Notes: generated by a model not told the origin, from the sequence alone. A stretch of 37,232 bases of DNA from Oligoflexus sp. (GCA_041736305.1 JBGSTX010000238.1:1-37232), one strand, 5' to 3'. Numbered from the stretch's first letter, positions 22,805 to 35,787 are shown. A program made the numbers and translations.

Positions 22805-24257
22805 CGATGGCTTCCTTAAGATACTGATTGGCGAGTCCTGGGTTGAATCGCCCCTGAGAAAGCTTCATGATCTGGCCGACTAAGAATCCGAGAACTTTCT
22901 CTTTCCCGGAAAGGTAGAGAGCCACCTGATCCCGGTTTTCATCTATGACCTGCCTTACGATAGTCCGAATAGCAGCTCCGTCACTTATTTGAACGAGACC
23001 CTGTGCCTTTATAATGCTTTCTGCACTGGTCCCTGATTCTGCCATAGTCTCGAAAACGCCTTTGGCGATCTTTCCTGATATGGTTCCCTCTCCAAGATAG
23101 CGGAGGAGACTCGCGAAATTTTCGGCATCGATACTAGGCTTGTCCCAGGTCCAATGCCGTGCATTGTGCTCTCGGAGATACTCACTAAGGATCCAGTTGG
23201 CTACGATTTTTGGGGATACCTTCGCATCGACTTTCTCTAAAATCGCTTCGAAAAACGCCGCCAGCTCCTTCTCGTCGGTCAGTTGCCGCGCGTCGTCCTC
23301 ACTTAGGCCATAAGCAGTTTGGAAGCGAATTTGCTTCTGCTCTGGCAGCTCAGGGATCTTGGCTTTGATAGCCTTAAGACGCGCGCTATCAATCGAGACC
23401 AGCCCTAGATCGGGTTCGGGAAAATAGCGATAATCATGAGAATCTTCTTTGCTTCTCATAACCTGGGTCCGTCCGCTAGCGGTATCGAAGAGAAGAGTTA
23501 CCTGCTTGACCTTTTCGCCCGAATCAAGCAAGTCAGCCTGACGAAAAATTTCATAGGTGATCGCACGCTCGACGCTCTTAAATGAATTTAAGTTCTTAAT
23601 TTCAGTGCGAGTTCCTAGCTTTTTATCGCCGCGACGTCGGATAGAAACGTTTGCATCGCAACGAATAGACCCTTCTTCCATATTGCCGTCGCTGATATCG
23701 AGATAGCGGACTATAGCCCTCAGTTTTCTCAGATATTCATGTGCTTCCTGCGGGCCTTCTATGGTCGGAGCCGAAACTATTTCCAATAGAGGAATACCGG
23801 CTCGATTGAGATCAACGTAACTTGCATTATCGCCATGCACGTTCTTGCCAGCATCTTCTTCCATATGAATGCGTTCGATGAGTATCGAGCGGCCGCTATC
23901 AAGCTGGAGGCGTCCATTTTCACAGTAAGGGAGATCATACTGAGTAATCTGATAACCCTTAGGAAGATCGGGATAGAAATACTGCTTACGAGCAAAAACA
24001 CTTTTCTCGCGAATCTTGGCCTCTACCGCTATCGCCATGAGCACAGCGTAGTCGACCGCTTGGCGATTCAAGACGGGAAGCACGCCGGGAAGTCCTAGAC
24101 AGACGGGGCAGGTATTCTGATTTGGGGCTGCTCCGAACTGGGTTTTACAAGAACAGAAGAGTTTACTCTCCGTTTTGAGCTGACAGTGGACCTCGAGACC
24201 AATGACGGGCTCATATCGCTCAAGCAGGCTTTTATAACCGGATGCGCCGTCTTTCAT
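22782..24257 (-). CDS. gatB: Asp/Glu-tRNA amidotransferase subunit B
   Basis: 'VIGLEVHCQL', 'YFYPDLPKGYQITQ', 'DLNRAGIPLLEIVS', 'DYRYFPEPDL'. Confidence 0.98.
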   Translation of the reverse strand: MKDGASGYKSLLERYEPVIGLEVHCQLKTESKLFCSCKTQFGAAPNQNTCPVCLGLPGVLPVLNRQAVDYAVLMAIAVEAKIREKSVFARKQYFYPDLPKGYQITQYDLPYCENGRLQLDSGRSILIERIHMEEDAGKNVHGDNASYVDLNRAGIPLLEIVSAPTIEGPQEAHEYLRKLRAIVRYLDISDGNMEEGSIRCDANVSIRRRGDKKLGTRTEIKNLNSFKSVERAITYEIFRQADLLDSGEKVKQVTLLFDTASGRTQVMRSKEDSHDYRYFPEPDLGLVSIDSARLKAIKAKIPELPEQKQIRFQTAYGLSEDDARQLTDEKELAAFFEAILEKVDAKVSPKIVANWILSEYLREHNARHWTWDKPSIDAENFASLLRYLGEGTISGKIAKGVFETMAESGTSAESIIKAQGLVQISDGAAIRTIVRQVIDENRDQVALYLSGKEKVLGFLVGQIMKLSQGRFNPGLANQYLKEAIDEFSRGA

Positions 24258-25750
24258 GCGAATATCCCCCGCGGCTGAAGATCAGGGCGTTCTTGTTCCT
24301 CGTATTGGAGAGCCGAACGAAGCAAAATATTTTCATCGAACATGGGCGCCATCAGCTGCAGGCCGATCGGCAATCCCTGGCTATCACATCCGATCGGATG
24401 AGAGAGCGCCGGTAAACCAGCTAAATTTGCCACTATAGTATAAACATCGCTGAGATACATAGAGAGCGAGTCTTGGGTTTTCTGCTCGAGCCGAAAGGCT
24501 GTGGTCGGGGCTGTAGGACTGGCGATGAGATGAACGCCACCCTTAAAAACGGATTCGAGTTCCTGCCGAATAGCTGCGCGAATCCTTCCGGCCTTGCCGT
24601 AGAAGGACTCGTAATAGCCTGCGGACAAGACATAGGTTCCAAGCATAATCCGCTGCTTAACTTCTTTTCCAAAGCCTTCGCTGCGGGATCGCGTGTACAT
24701 TTCTTTCAAACTTAGGTTGGGGTCTTGAGTTCTTACCCCATAGCGCACCCCATCAAAGCGGGCGAGGTTAGCCGATGCTTCCGCCGTTGCGAGGATATAA
24801 TAAGTGGGAATCGCGAGCTTGAGCAGAGGTAAACTGACGTCAACTATAGTTGCTCCCCGGCTCTTATAGACTTCTAAAGCTCTCTGGAAAGCTGCATGAA
24901 CCTCTGGATTCAGCCCATCTCCCAGATACTCCCTAACTGTAGCTATCTTAATGCCCTTAAGATCTTGAGGCTCTGCGCTCAGTCTCTCTAGCGATGATTC
25001 AGCACTTAGATTATGAGAAGTTGAATCCAGTGGATCGGGTCCTGCTATGACATCGTAAACCAGTGCTAGGTCTCTGATACTGCGAGCAAGCGGACCAATC
25101 TGATCGAATGAAGATCCGTAGGCTACTAAACCATAGCGGCTTACGCGACCATAAGTCGGCTTCAGGCCGTAAATGCCGCAAAAACTCGCCGGCTGGCGAA
25201 TTGATCCTCCAGTATCGGACCCTAGAGCCACAGGCACCAGGCCAGCACTGACAGCGGCAGCAGCACCGCCCGACGAGCCCCCGGCCACATACTCTTTATT
25301 CCAGGGGTTTCTAACCGGCCCGTAGGCCGAATTTTCATTGGACGAACCCATTCCAAATTCGTCCATATTCGTGCGCCCGCAGAGGAGTGCTCCGGCTGCT
25401 TTAAGCCGAGTTATGACCGTAGCATCATAGGCAGCCCGATGGTTGGAGAGAAAACGGGATCCACAGCTGGCAATCTCGCCGGCCACCATGATGTTGTCTT
25501 TGATGAGAAAAGGAACTCCTGCCAAAGGCAGGTTTTTTTTAGATCTGAGCGAGCTTTCTAGGGTCTTTATCTGCTCTTTTAAAGAGTCACTTACCTCGGC
25601 TCTATTCCAGTGAACCTGGGTATTGAGCACTTTATGTCCTGCATCGATAGACTCGAGAGCTGCGTTGGCCATATCCTCGAGTCTCAGCTGGCCTTCATTT
25701 ACGGCCCTACTTATCTCTAAGGCTGAACGACTCGAAGCTTCCCGTATCAC
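24254..25750 (-). CDS. gatA: Asp/Glu-tRNA amidotransferase subunit A
   Basis: Amidase signature 'GGSSGGAAAAV', 'GSDTGGSIRQPA', 'NLARFDGVRYG', 'EVKQRIMLGTY'. Confidence 0.97.
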   Translation of the reverse strand: MIREASSRSALEISRAVNEGQLRLEDMANAALESIDAGHKVLNTQVHWNRAEVSDSLKEQIKTLESSLRSKKNLPLAGVPFLIKDNIMVAGEIASCGSRFLSNHRAAYDATVITRLKAAGALLCGRTNMDEFGMGSSNENSAYGPVRNPWNKEYVAGGSSGGAAAAVSAGLVPVALGSDTGGSIRQPASFCGIYGLKPTYGRVSRYGLVAYGSSFDQIGPLARSIRDLALVYDVIAGPDPLDSTSHNLSAESSLERLSAEPQDLKGIKIATVREYLGDGLNPEVHAAFQRALEVYKSRGATIVDVSLPLLKLAIPTYYILATAEASANLARFDGVRYGVRTQDPNLSLKEMYTRSRSEGFGKEVKQRIMLGTYVLSAGYYESFYGKAGRIRAAIRQELESVFKGGVHLIASPTAPTTAFRLEQKTQDSLSMYLSDVYTIVANLAGLPALSHPIGCDSQGLPIGLQLMAPMFDENILLRSALQYEEQERPDLQPRGIFA

Positions 25751-25777
25751 TTCTAACTCCTTCTGTGCTTGGCTCCG

Positions 25778-26071
25778 CTACTCAATGATCCGAGGCACCT
25801 GAAAGGCTGTTCCTACCACCCTGGGAGCCGTTTGCAAAACCCTATCTATGACAGCAGAATCGACCGCATGATCCTCGCGTTCGGGGCTTGCCGGATTTTC
25901 TAGCTCGGCCCGCCAGTCGCTGGGGAGACTGAGTTCGACGCTCTGCAACTGCCCCATATAATCGAGGATTGAAGCCAACTGATTTTGATAATAAGCCAGC
26001 TCTTCAGCGCTCAATTCGAGATGAGCCAGCTGCGCGATCTTGCGAACGGTTTCTGCTTCTATCTGCGACAC
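25778..26071 (-). CDS. gatC: Asp/Glu-tRNA amidotransferase subunit C
   Basis: 'VRKIAQLAHL', 'RED', 'FQVPRII'; directly upstream of gatA. Confidence 0.93.
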   Translation of the reverse strand: MSQIEAETVRKIAQLAHLELSAEELAYYQNQLASILDYMGQLQSVELSLPSDWRAELENPASPEREDHAVDSAVIDRVLQTAPRVVGTAFQVPRIIE

Positions 26072-28512
26072 TAGATCTCTTCTCCTTCGATCATCTGAAT
26101 TTTGGCCAGACTGATGATCTTCTCACCAGGCTCCATATTCATGAGTCGAACCCCTTGAGTAAGACGACCGATGAGTCCGACCTCTGCAACAGTAAAGCGC
26201 ATAACTTTACCCGCAGATGTCATCACCATCAGGTGATCGTCATCGGCTACCTGCATAATGCCTACCACAGGTCCGTTGCGTTCGGTGACTTTAATGGTAT
26301 AGATACCTTTGCCTGCCCGGGTTTGAATTCGGTACTCTTCAATCGGAGTCCTCTTTCCGTAGCCATTTTCGCAGACAGAGAGAATCGCATCTTTATTATT
26401 CACGACTTCGAGGCCAATAACCTCGTCGGTTTCCTCGGAAAACTTGATGCCTGTGACTCCCCGTGCCGAGCGCCCCATGGGCCTGGTTTCCTTCTCGTCG
26501 AAGCGAATAGCCTTTCCAAGTTTGGTCGCGAGTAGAATGTGATCTTCCCCGCTAGTAATCTTACAGTCGACTAAAGTATCGCCCTCATCCAACTTGAGCC
26601 CAATGATCCCGGTAGTCCGCAGATTGGCAAAAGCCATGAGATCGGTCTTCTTGATATAGCCCTTGGCGGTCGAGCATATAACGTAGAGACCTTCTCTGAA
26701 CTCCTTAACAGGAAGGACGGACACAACTTTCTCGTTCTTATCGAGCTTGATGAGGTTGGCAAAGTGATTGCCGCGCCCCGCTAGAGCTACCTCAGGCAGG
26801 CGATAGACTTTCAGCTCGTAAACACGGCCAACGTTAGTGAAGCACATGATGGACTGATGATTCGAACTGATAAAGAGATCGCGTACGACATCGTCGGTTT
26901 TGGTTTTCATTCCCGACCGCCCCTTGCCCCCACGCTTTTGGGCTCGAATTTCGTCGAGAGGAGTCCGCTTGATATAGCCGGCATGAGTCACCGTCACGGC
27001 TACTTCTTCGTCAGCAACGAGACTTTCCATGGTCAGTTCATCAGCATCGCTACCGATGATTTCCGTCCGGCGAACATCGCTGAACTGCTCCCGCGTTTCG
27101 GCAAGCTCGCCCTTGATGATTTCTACAACGCGGGACGGGGTATTGAGGATGTGTTTGAGGTCTGCAATTACTGCCATGACATCTTGGTATTCACTCAAAA
27201 TCTTGTCGCGTTCCAGACCTGTAAGTCTAGCTAGGCGCATATCCAAGATAGCCTTAGCTTGAATGTCGCTTAGCTTGAAACGCTCGACCAGACCTGCGTG
27301 GGCCGTCTCAGCATCGTCTGCACTCCGGATGAGTTGAACCACTTCATCCATGAATTCGACAGCTATTTTGAGACCTTCTAAGATATGAGCGCGCTCTTCT
27401 GCTCGCCGAAGTTCAAAAGCTGTCCTTCTGAGGATAACTTCTTTCCGGTGCTGGAAGAATTGCTCAAGAATTTCCTTGAGATTCAGAGTTCGCGGAATTC
27501 CGTTAACGAGGGCTACTGCATTAACTCCGAAGCTGCTTTGGAGGGGCGTAAGCTTGAAGAGATTATTGAGAACGATCTCTCCCATCTCGCCTTTGCGCAA
27601 TTCGACGACTACTCGGATGTCTTCCTGGGCGGATTCGTCGCGTAGATCGCTTATGCCTTCAAGCCGCTTCTCATTAACCAGCTCAGCAATTTTTTCGATG
27701 AGCTTGGCTTTGTTGACCTGATAAGGCAACTCGGTAACAATAATTCGCTGTCGGCCCCCGCTCATGTCTTCGACATGGGCTCGAGCACGCATGTTGATGG
27801 CACCGCGGCCTGTAAGGTAAGCCTGCCGAATCCCTACCCGCCCGTAAATCAACCCGGCTGTGGGGAAGTCGGGTCCCTGAACAAATTCCATCAAACCTTC
27901 GATAGAAATATCAGGATTTTCGATGAGAGCCAGCAGGGCATCAATGACTTCCCCAAGATTTTGCGGGGGTATATTCGTTGCCATACCAACGGCGATTCCA
28001 CTTGCACCGTTGACGAGCAGACTGGGGAATCGAGCCGGCAAAACTAGAGGTTCTACTTCTTTATTATCGTAGTTCGGCCCAAAGTCTACGGTCTCTTTTT
28101 CGATGTCATTGAGCAGTAATTCGGTCAATTTTTGAAGTCTGACCTCGGTATAGCGCATCGCAGCTGGCGAATCACCATCTACCGACCCGAAGTTCCCTTG
28201 ACCGTCTACCAATGGATAGCGCATAGAAAATTCTTGGGCCATGCGAACAAGCGCATCATAAACTGCGGAATCACCGTGCGGGTGAAAGCGACCTATAACC
28301 TCCCCGACGATACGCGCTGATTTCAAGTAGGGGCGGCCATAGTAGTTCTTGAGCAAATGCATCGCGTAGAGAATACGACGATGCACTGGCTTCAAACCAT
28401 CCCGAACATCGGGGAGAGCTCGCGAGACGATCACGCTCATCGAATAATCGAGGAACGATGATTTCAATTCGTCTTCAATATGAATCGCTAGGACGTTACT
28501 GGTCTGATCCAT
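26071..28512 (-). CDS. gyrA: DNA gyrase subunit A
   Basis: '[16 protein letters not shown]', 'HPHGDSAVY', catalytic 'AAMRYTE'. The GyrA-box 'QKRGGKG' identifies gyrase rather than ParC. Confidence 0.98.
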   Translation of the reverse strand: MDQTSNVLAIHIEDELKSSFLDYSMSVIVSRALPDVRDGLKPVHRRILYAMHLLKNYYGRPYLKSARIVGEVIGRFHPHGDSAVYDALVRMAQEFSMRYPLVDGQGNFGSVDGDSPAAMRYTEVRLQKLTELLLNDIEKETVDFGPNYDNKEVEPLVLPARFPSLLVNGASGIAVGMATNIPPQNLGEVIDALLALIENPDISIEGLMEFVQGPDFPTAGLIYGRVGIRQAYLTGRGAINMRARAHVEDMSGGRQRIIVTELPYQVNKAKLIEKIAELVNEKRLEGISDLRDESAQEDIRVVVELRKGEMGEIVLNNLFKLTPLQSSFGVNAVALVNGIPRTLNLKEILEQFFQHRKEVILRRTAFELRRAEERAHILEGLKIAVEFMDEVVQLIRSADDAETAHAGLVERFKLSDIQAKAILDMRLARLTGLERDKILSEYQDVMAVIADLKHILNTPSRVVEIIKGELAETREQFSDVRRTEIIGSDADELTMESLVADEEVAVTVTHAGYIKRTPLDEIRAQKRGGKGRSGMKTKTDDVVRDLFISSNHQSIMCFTNVGRVYELKVYRLPEVALAGRGNHFANLIKLDKNEKVVSVLPVKEFREGLYVICSTAKGYIKKTDLMAFANLRTTGIIGLKLDEGDTLVDCKITSGEDHILLATKLGKAIRFDEKETRPMGRSARGVTGIKFSEETDEVIGLEVVNNKDAILSVCENGYGKRTPIEEYRIQTRAGKGIYTIKVTERNGPVVGIMQVADDDHLMVMTSAGKVMRFTVAEVGLIGRLTQGVRLMNMEPGEKIISLAKIQMIEGEEI

Positions 28513-28524
28513 TGGTCACCTAAC

Positions 28525-31083
<2,559 letters not shown>

Positions 31084-32202
31084 TTAGCTTTCTTTGATGG
31101 GAACCAAAACGTGCATCGAATGACAGCTGGTGGGTTCGGTAAATGGCACCAGAACGACAGGATCTTCATCCGATCCGAAGTTGATCGTTACCTCATCACT
31201 TGACATAGTCGAAAAGACGTCTGTAAGGAATTTGCCATTGATGGCTAGCTCGCGCTCTCCTTGGCAGTAGTCTGCCAAAGCGATACTTTCCTGTCCTTCA
31301 GAGCTCCCTATCGTTCTCGATCTAAGGGTAAGCGAGTAATCTGAAAAGCACAACTGCAAAGCTCGCGTCTTGTCGGACGCAAGGAGCACGCGTTTGGCGA
31401 CATTTTGTAGGTACGGGCGTTGGACCTTAACAGCACTCAAATCGCTCTTGGGCAAGACACCATAATAATTCGGATAACGCACTGCCGAGAGGCGTACGAA
31501 AAGGTGATAGCCCGGAACCCTTGCCTCCAAAGTCGTTTGATCGGCTGAGACAGCGAGTAAAACTTCACTGAATCCCTCAGAACTCATGCGATGCAGTTCT
31601 TGTAGCGCTCGCTTCGAAAGACAGACGCCATTTTTCAAAAAGTCGGGAGGCATTTCGATCTCCACCTCGGCGTAAGACAGACGATAACCGTCCGTCCCTA
31701 CCAAGCGAAGATTCTGTTCGCGAGGTCGATGGAGAAAAGCCACCGACCCATAGTTTCGAGGCGAATCTGGCACAACGCAGAATTGAACCTGTTCAATCAT
31801 GTAAGCGAGCTTGTCAGACGGGAGTATTGCCTCGAGGGCTGCCTCGAGCACGGGAGGCGCCTGCCACACTCTTTCGTCGACGCGAGGCAGCTTCATGATG
31901 AACTCACGCTTCTCGCCGGCCACGACCACAACCTGGCTTTCCTCAGCCCTAATCTCAACGCTGCCCTCAGGTAGTTCGCGTACTACATCTGAAAACAGTT
32001 TTGCAGGAACAAAAACCGTCCCTGGAGAAATGACTTCGCAGTCGAGTTTGCTATAGATGGCGATTACACGATCTGCAGCCGAAAGGTGAAGTTGGCCCTC
32101 GGATGCTTGGAAGCCAATATGAGCGAGATTCCGCTCTGACAGGGTTCCTTGTGATCGCGTAGTTGCCATGCTTAATTGGCTTTTGTCGATTCTCACTTTC
32201 AT
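31084..32202 (-). CDS. dnaN: DNA polymerase III beta sliding clamp (divergent)
   Basis: 372 aa between dnaA and gyrB; 'VPAKLFSDVVRELP', 'VGTDGYRLS', 'YPNY', 'INGKFL', C-terminal 'VLVPI'. Confidence 0.93.
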   Translation of the reverse strand: MKVRIDKSQLSMATTRSQGTLSERNLAHIGFQASEGQLHLSAADRVIAIYSKLDCEVISPGTVFVPAKLFSDVVRELPEGSVEIRAEESQVVVVAGEKREFIMKLPRVDERVWQAPPVLEAALEAILPSDKLAYMIEQVQFCVVPDSPRNYGSVAFLHRPREQNLRLVGTDGYRLSYAEVEIEMPPDFLKNGVCLSKRALQELHRMSSEGFSEVLLAVSADQTTLEARVPGYHLFVRLSAVRYPNYYGVLPKSDLSAVKVQRPYLQNVAKRVLLASDKTRALQLCFSDYSLTLRSRTIGSSEGQESIALADYCQGERELAINGKFLTDVFSTMSSDEVTINFGSDEDPVVLVPFTEPTSCHSMHVLVPIKES

Positions 32203-32227
32203 CGCGTTCCGGCTCCTGAGGCACTAC

Positions 32228-32299
32228 TTCTTTCTTAAGAGATTTATTTAATCTTCTTTTAAACAGTAGTAGTAGGGGAAGGCCCCTAACTGTGGATAA
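32228..32299 (+). promoter_or_regulatory. DNA unwinding element with DnaA-trios (basal unwinding system)
   Basis: In order: AT-rich tract, CAG-TAG-TAG-TAG (32264-32275), GC-rich GGGAAGGCCCC, DnaA box 32291-32299. This matches the order described for the Bacillus subtilis unwinding module. Confidence 0.75.
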
Positions 32300-32304
32300 C
32301 TCTG

Positions 32305-32317
32305 TAACTACCTGTTA
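32305..32317 (-). promoter_or_regulatory. IHF-like binding site within oriC
   Basis: The minus strand reads TAACAGGTAGTTA, one mismatch to WATCARNNNNTTR. It follows the DUE-proximal DnaA box directly, as in E. coli oriC. Confidence 0.5.
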
Positions 32318-32487
32318 TTTTTGAGATTTTGGAGATAACCATCTGTGGATAAGCCTGTGGATCGCTTGTGGATAAGTTGTGGATAACTTCTGATATGATT
32401 TTTCGGACCCAAGTTATCCCCAGCTTATCCACAAGCGATCCACAGGCTTATCCACAGGTTTATCCACAAGATCATAATGGCTTCTCT

Positions 32488-33972
32488 TTAAGAAAATTGG
32501 TCTATTTTACGCTCTAATGCTTCGAGCTGCGAACGAAGTTCTAAGTCTTTTTTACGATCTTTTTCGATCTTTTTGACCGCGTGCATCACCGTCGTATGGT
32601 CCTTGCCACCGAAGTAAGTCCCTATCTCTGGAAACGACGACTTCGTCTTGACGCGGGATAAAAACATAGCTATCTGGCGTGGTACCGATTGAACTCGTTG
32701 CCGATTCTTCGACTTGAGGTCGGAAACTTTGAGTTTGAAGTGCTCGGCCACTATTTTCTGGATTGCCTCTATAGAGATAGTGCTTTCATTTTTGTCGACG
32801 AGGATGTCCTGCAGTATTTCTGCTGCCAATTGGGTGTTGATCGGCCGTCCCTGGAGAGCGGCAAAAGCTATCACGCGACGCAGTGCCCCCTCGAGGACGC
32901 GAATGTTTCCCTTTGCATGGGCCGCAATATAGGAAGCGACATCGGGATGGAGCATTATGCCTTGTTTTTCCGCCTTATTCATAAGGATGGCCACACGATG
33001 CTCGATATCGGGTGCCTGAATATCGGCGATAAGCCCCCACTGAAAGCGGTTGCGGAGACGATCTTCGATGTCTGGAATATCCTGCGGAAAGATATCGGAT
33101 GTGACAACGATCTGCTTTTTAGCTTCATAAAGCGCGTTAAACGTATGGAAAAATTCTTCCTGCGTACGTTCTTTGCCAGATATAAATTGAATATCGTCGA
33201 CGAGTAAGACATCACAATTGCGGTATTTTCGCCGAAAATCCCACATCTTGTTAAAGCGAAGGCAATAGATCATTTCGTTCATAAATCGTTCGCTGGTGAT
33301 GTACGTGATCACCGCGTTGGACTTAGCTTTCAAGACTTTATTGCCGACAGCGTGGAGAAGGTGAGTCTTACCTAAGCCGGTACCACCGTAAAGGAAAAGT
33401 GGGTTGTAAGTCTGTCCTGGTGCGTCTGCGACTGCCAAGCACGAGGCGTGGGCAAACTGATTACTGGGGCCGTTGACGAAACTCTCGAATGTATATTCGA
33501 CGTTAAGTTGTGACTGGAGCGTCAAGGCTCGCGCTACAGTATTAGACCCTTCTTTATATTCTTCAGCATAGTCCGCATCCGATCCAACAAAGATGGGTGC
33601 AGCTGGAGGCGTAATGTCTGCTAGAGCATCAAAGTCAAGATGCTCTAAGGTTTCCGAGTCTGTGGTTTCAGCGCCTTCAATTTCAAATCGAAACAAAACA
33701 GGCAGCCCTAGAGTCGCTTTGCAAAAGTCGAGCTGATCCATAAAGCTGCCGATTACTTTTTGATAAGCGGCCATATCTGGAAACGTAATGATAATCTCTG
33801 ACTCGGAAACAGCCTTTGATTTGAGAGGCTCTATCCATTTTATGAAGTCATTGCTCTCGAGCATCTGTCGCAGCGTGTCTTTGATACGGATCCAGCTGTC
33901 TAGGCCGCCTGCATCTAGTCCCGGCGCTTGAGCTTTGTCGTCGTGACCGTGAGATGGAAAGAGAGTTTGCAT
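32488..33972 (-). CDS. dnaA: Chromosomal replication initiator DnaA (ATG 33972 likely; ORF open to 34056)
   Basis: 'YTFESFVNGPSNQFA', 'YNPLFLYGGTGLGKTHL', 'LLVDDIQF', 'TQEEFFHTFN', 'PRQIAM', 'GGKDHTTVMHA'. Confidence 0.98.
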   Translation of the reverse strand: MQTLFPSHGHDDKAQAPGLDAGGLDSWIRIKDTLRQMLESNDFIKWIEPLKSKAVSESEIIITFPDMAAYQKVIGSFMDQLDFCKATLGLPVLFRFEIEGAETTDSETLEHLDFDALADITPPAAPIFVGSDADYAEEYKEGSNTVARALTLQSQLNVEYTFESFVNGPSNQFAHASCLAVADAPGQTYNPLFLYGGTGLGKTHLLHAVGNKVLKAKSNAVITYITSERFMNEMIYCLRFNKMWDFRRKYRNCDVLLVDDIQFISGKERTQEEFFHTFNALYEAKKQIVVTSDIFPQDIPDIEDRLRNRFQWGLIADIQAPDIEHRVAILMNKAEKQGIMLHPDVASYIAAHAKGNIRVLEGALRRVIAFAALQGRPINTQLAAEILQDILVDKNESTISIEAIQKIVAEHFKLKVSDLKSKNRQRVQSVPRQIAMFLSRVKTKSSFPEIGTYFGGKDHTTVMHAVKKIEKDRKKDLELRSQLEALERKIDQFS

Positions 33973-34106
33973 GAGATGGGGACCCTGGCCTTCTGTTGCT
34001 TCAGAATTTTGTCTCTGAAGGGACGTATTGACTGACAGAATGAGGAAAAGTATCACAGCCTCGAACGCCTGATCAAGTTGAAAGGCATTGATCTTTTTAT
34101 CTTTAT

Positions 34107-34142
34107 TATCAGTAAGTTAAATTATTAATGGGCTGTGGATAA
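34107..34142. promoter_or_regulatory. IHF consensus site and perfect DnaA box in the dnaA/atp divergent promoter region
   Basis: TATCAGTAAGTTA (34107-34119) fits WATCARNNNNTTR and has an upstream T-rich tract. TGTGGATAA is at 34134-34142. Confidence 0.6.
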
Positions 34143-34252
34143 GCCCTGGAAGAGGCTGTGTCGCAGAGTCAAAATTGTAGGATTCTATCTTAGTTCAGAA
34201 CCTGTTAGGTCTGACATTGTGAGATGTCATTCGAGGGAGAGAGGTACAAACG

Positions 34253-34522
34253 TTGAAGAATTTTCAAAACTTTGGTTTGGTGATGGCTGCAAATTTCGAA
34301 ACCATCGTCTACATGGGCCTGGCCTGGTTTTTTGCAGGATACTTAAACACGAATTACCCACAGGATTATGACTGGGCAAAAGTAACATATGTTTTGGGCT
34401 TGATTCTCATCGCACGCTCTTGGTATGTCGTCTTCCGCGTTTTGATCCGCTCTCAGCAAAAGCTAAGTCATGAAGCCCAGGCCACTGAAGGTCGTTTGAA
34501 AGATAAAACTGATGCAAGATAA
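34253..34522 (+). CDS. AtpZ/AtpI-family small membrane protein
   Basis: Two transmembrane segments with 'GLAWFFAGYLN'; GAGAGG upstream of TTG; first gene of the atpB-atpE block. Confidence 0.7.
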   Translation: MKNFQNFGLVMAANFETIVYMGLAWFFAGYLNTNYPQDYDWAKVTYVLGLILIARSWYVVFRVLIRSQQKLSHEAQATEGRLKDKTDAR

Positions 34523-34895
34523 GTTTGGACTCATTGTTCTCGGTCTCGTTGGGATTATTCTCTTCCTCTTGGCGTATTCATTCCTCGCTCCGCTAGATGC
34601 TGTCGCAGTTGGTGCTGGATACTTACTTTTTTCTGGCAACTACGTCCTCATTGCCAGCGTAATGGGGCGCCTGCTCATCTACAGCAGTGGCAAGAATTCC
34701 CGTACGGCCCTTACTTTGATCAGCGGTTTGAAGTTTTTTGGCCTTTTTGGGCTCCTCTACTTTCTGCTCGTTACCTGCGATCTCTCTGGGCTCTATCTAG
34801 CCTTCGGCGCATTGATATCTCTCTTAGTTTTGAGCGCTGTCCTCTATGTGGGCTATCTGCGTACGCTCGATCCTTCCGAAGCGCCTCGAGTCTAA
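34512..34895 (+). CDS. atpI: ATP synthase protein I-like four-TM membrane protein
   Basis: 127 aa, four hydrophobic segments, 'SGNY' and 'LKF' motifs; directly upstream of atpB. Confidence 0.7.
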   Translation: MQDKFGLIVLGLVGIILFLLAYSFLAPLDAVAVGAGYLLFSGNYVLIASVMGRLLIYSSGKNSRTALTLISGLKFFGLFGLLYFLLVTCDLSGLYLAFGALISLLVLSAVLYVGYLRTLDPSEAPRV

Positions 34896-34989
34896 GGCGG
34901 CTTTGCATTTTAGACTGTTCAACAGACTCGAAATCATATAGTAAAGACATCCATTTCTATATGCGTCGGGAAGAAAGGATTGTCTCCGT

Positions 34990-35787
34990 ATGGATAAGAA
35001 GACTTTTAAAATTCTCGTCCCTTTGATGATCCTGGGCTGGAGTGCCTCTGCATGGGCTGCCGGTGGCGGAGCGCCCATCATCAGCTACTACGAGATCCTC
35101 CTTCACGGTTTGGGCTTAGATCATCATCAAATCGAAGAGTGGAAGCCGGTCATAGGCGCACTCATGACTTTGCTCTTAACCTTGCTAATCGGGCTGTCAT
35201 ACAAGAAGTCTGTTCAAAAAGCAGGCAGTGATGTGAGTCCAGTTGGGCGATTCAGTCTACGTGGTGTAGTCGAGATGGTTCTCGAATTCGTGCAAGGTAT
35301 AGGCACCAATATTCTCGGGGAAGAAAAGGTAAAACCTTTTTTACCGACCTTGTTTGGTTTATTTCTCTTCATTTTCATCAGTAACCTTCAAGGCCTTGTA
35401 CCTGGCTTCACGCCTGCAACTGACAGTATCAACACCAATTTAGTCCTTGGGCTTTTCATATTTCTTGTTTTCAATGCAGCTGGCATTCGAGAGCACGGCT
35501 TGCTTGGCTATTTGCGTACCTTTGCAGGTCCGCTTCTCGTTATGATGCCGATTATATTTCTCATCGAAAGCGTAGGCATGTTGGCAAGGCCACTTTCGTT
35601 AGCTTTACGTCTTTATGGCAACATCTTTGGTGATCACCTTGTTCTTTCGGTGTTTACTGACCTGACGAAGCTTGTGTTGCCTTCATTGCTAATGTTTTTC
35701 GGACTGCTTGTAGCCTGTCTGCAAAGCTTCGTGTTCACACTGCTGAGCAGCATCTATATTCTCATGGCGATTTCCCATGATCATTAA
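34990..35787 (+). CDS. atpB: F0 ATP synthase subunit a
   Basis: 'FIFISNLQGLVPG', essential arginine in 'ARPLSLALRLYGNIFGDH', 'LQSFVFTLL'. Confidence 0.96.
   Translation: MDKKTFKILVPLMILGWSASAWAAGGGAPIISYYEILLHGLGLDHHQIEEWKPVIGALMTLLLTLLIGLSYKKSVQKAGSDVSPVGRFSLRGVVEMVLEFVQGIGTNILGEEKVKPFLPTLFGLFLFIFISNLQGLVPGFTPATDSINTNLVLGLFIFLVFNAAGIREHGLLGYLRTFAGPLLVMMPIIFLIESVGMLARPLSLALRLYGNIFGDHLVLSVFTDLTKLVLPSLLMFFGLLVACLQSFVFTLLSSIYILMAISHDH

Larger units (their letters stand above)
32228..32468. other. oriC: Chromosomal replication origin oriC
   Basis: dnaA-dnaN intergenic region. Perfect DnaA boxes: TGTGGATAA at 32291, 32344, 32367, 32378 and TTATCCACA at 32425, 32448, 32460. Degenerate boxes at 32330, 32356, 32414, 32436. 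AT-rich segment at about 32228-32263. Confidence 0.93.
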
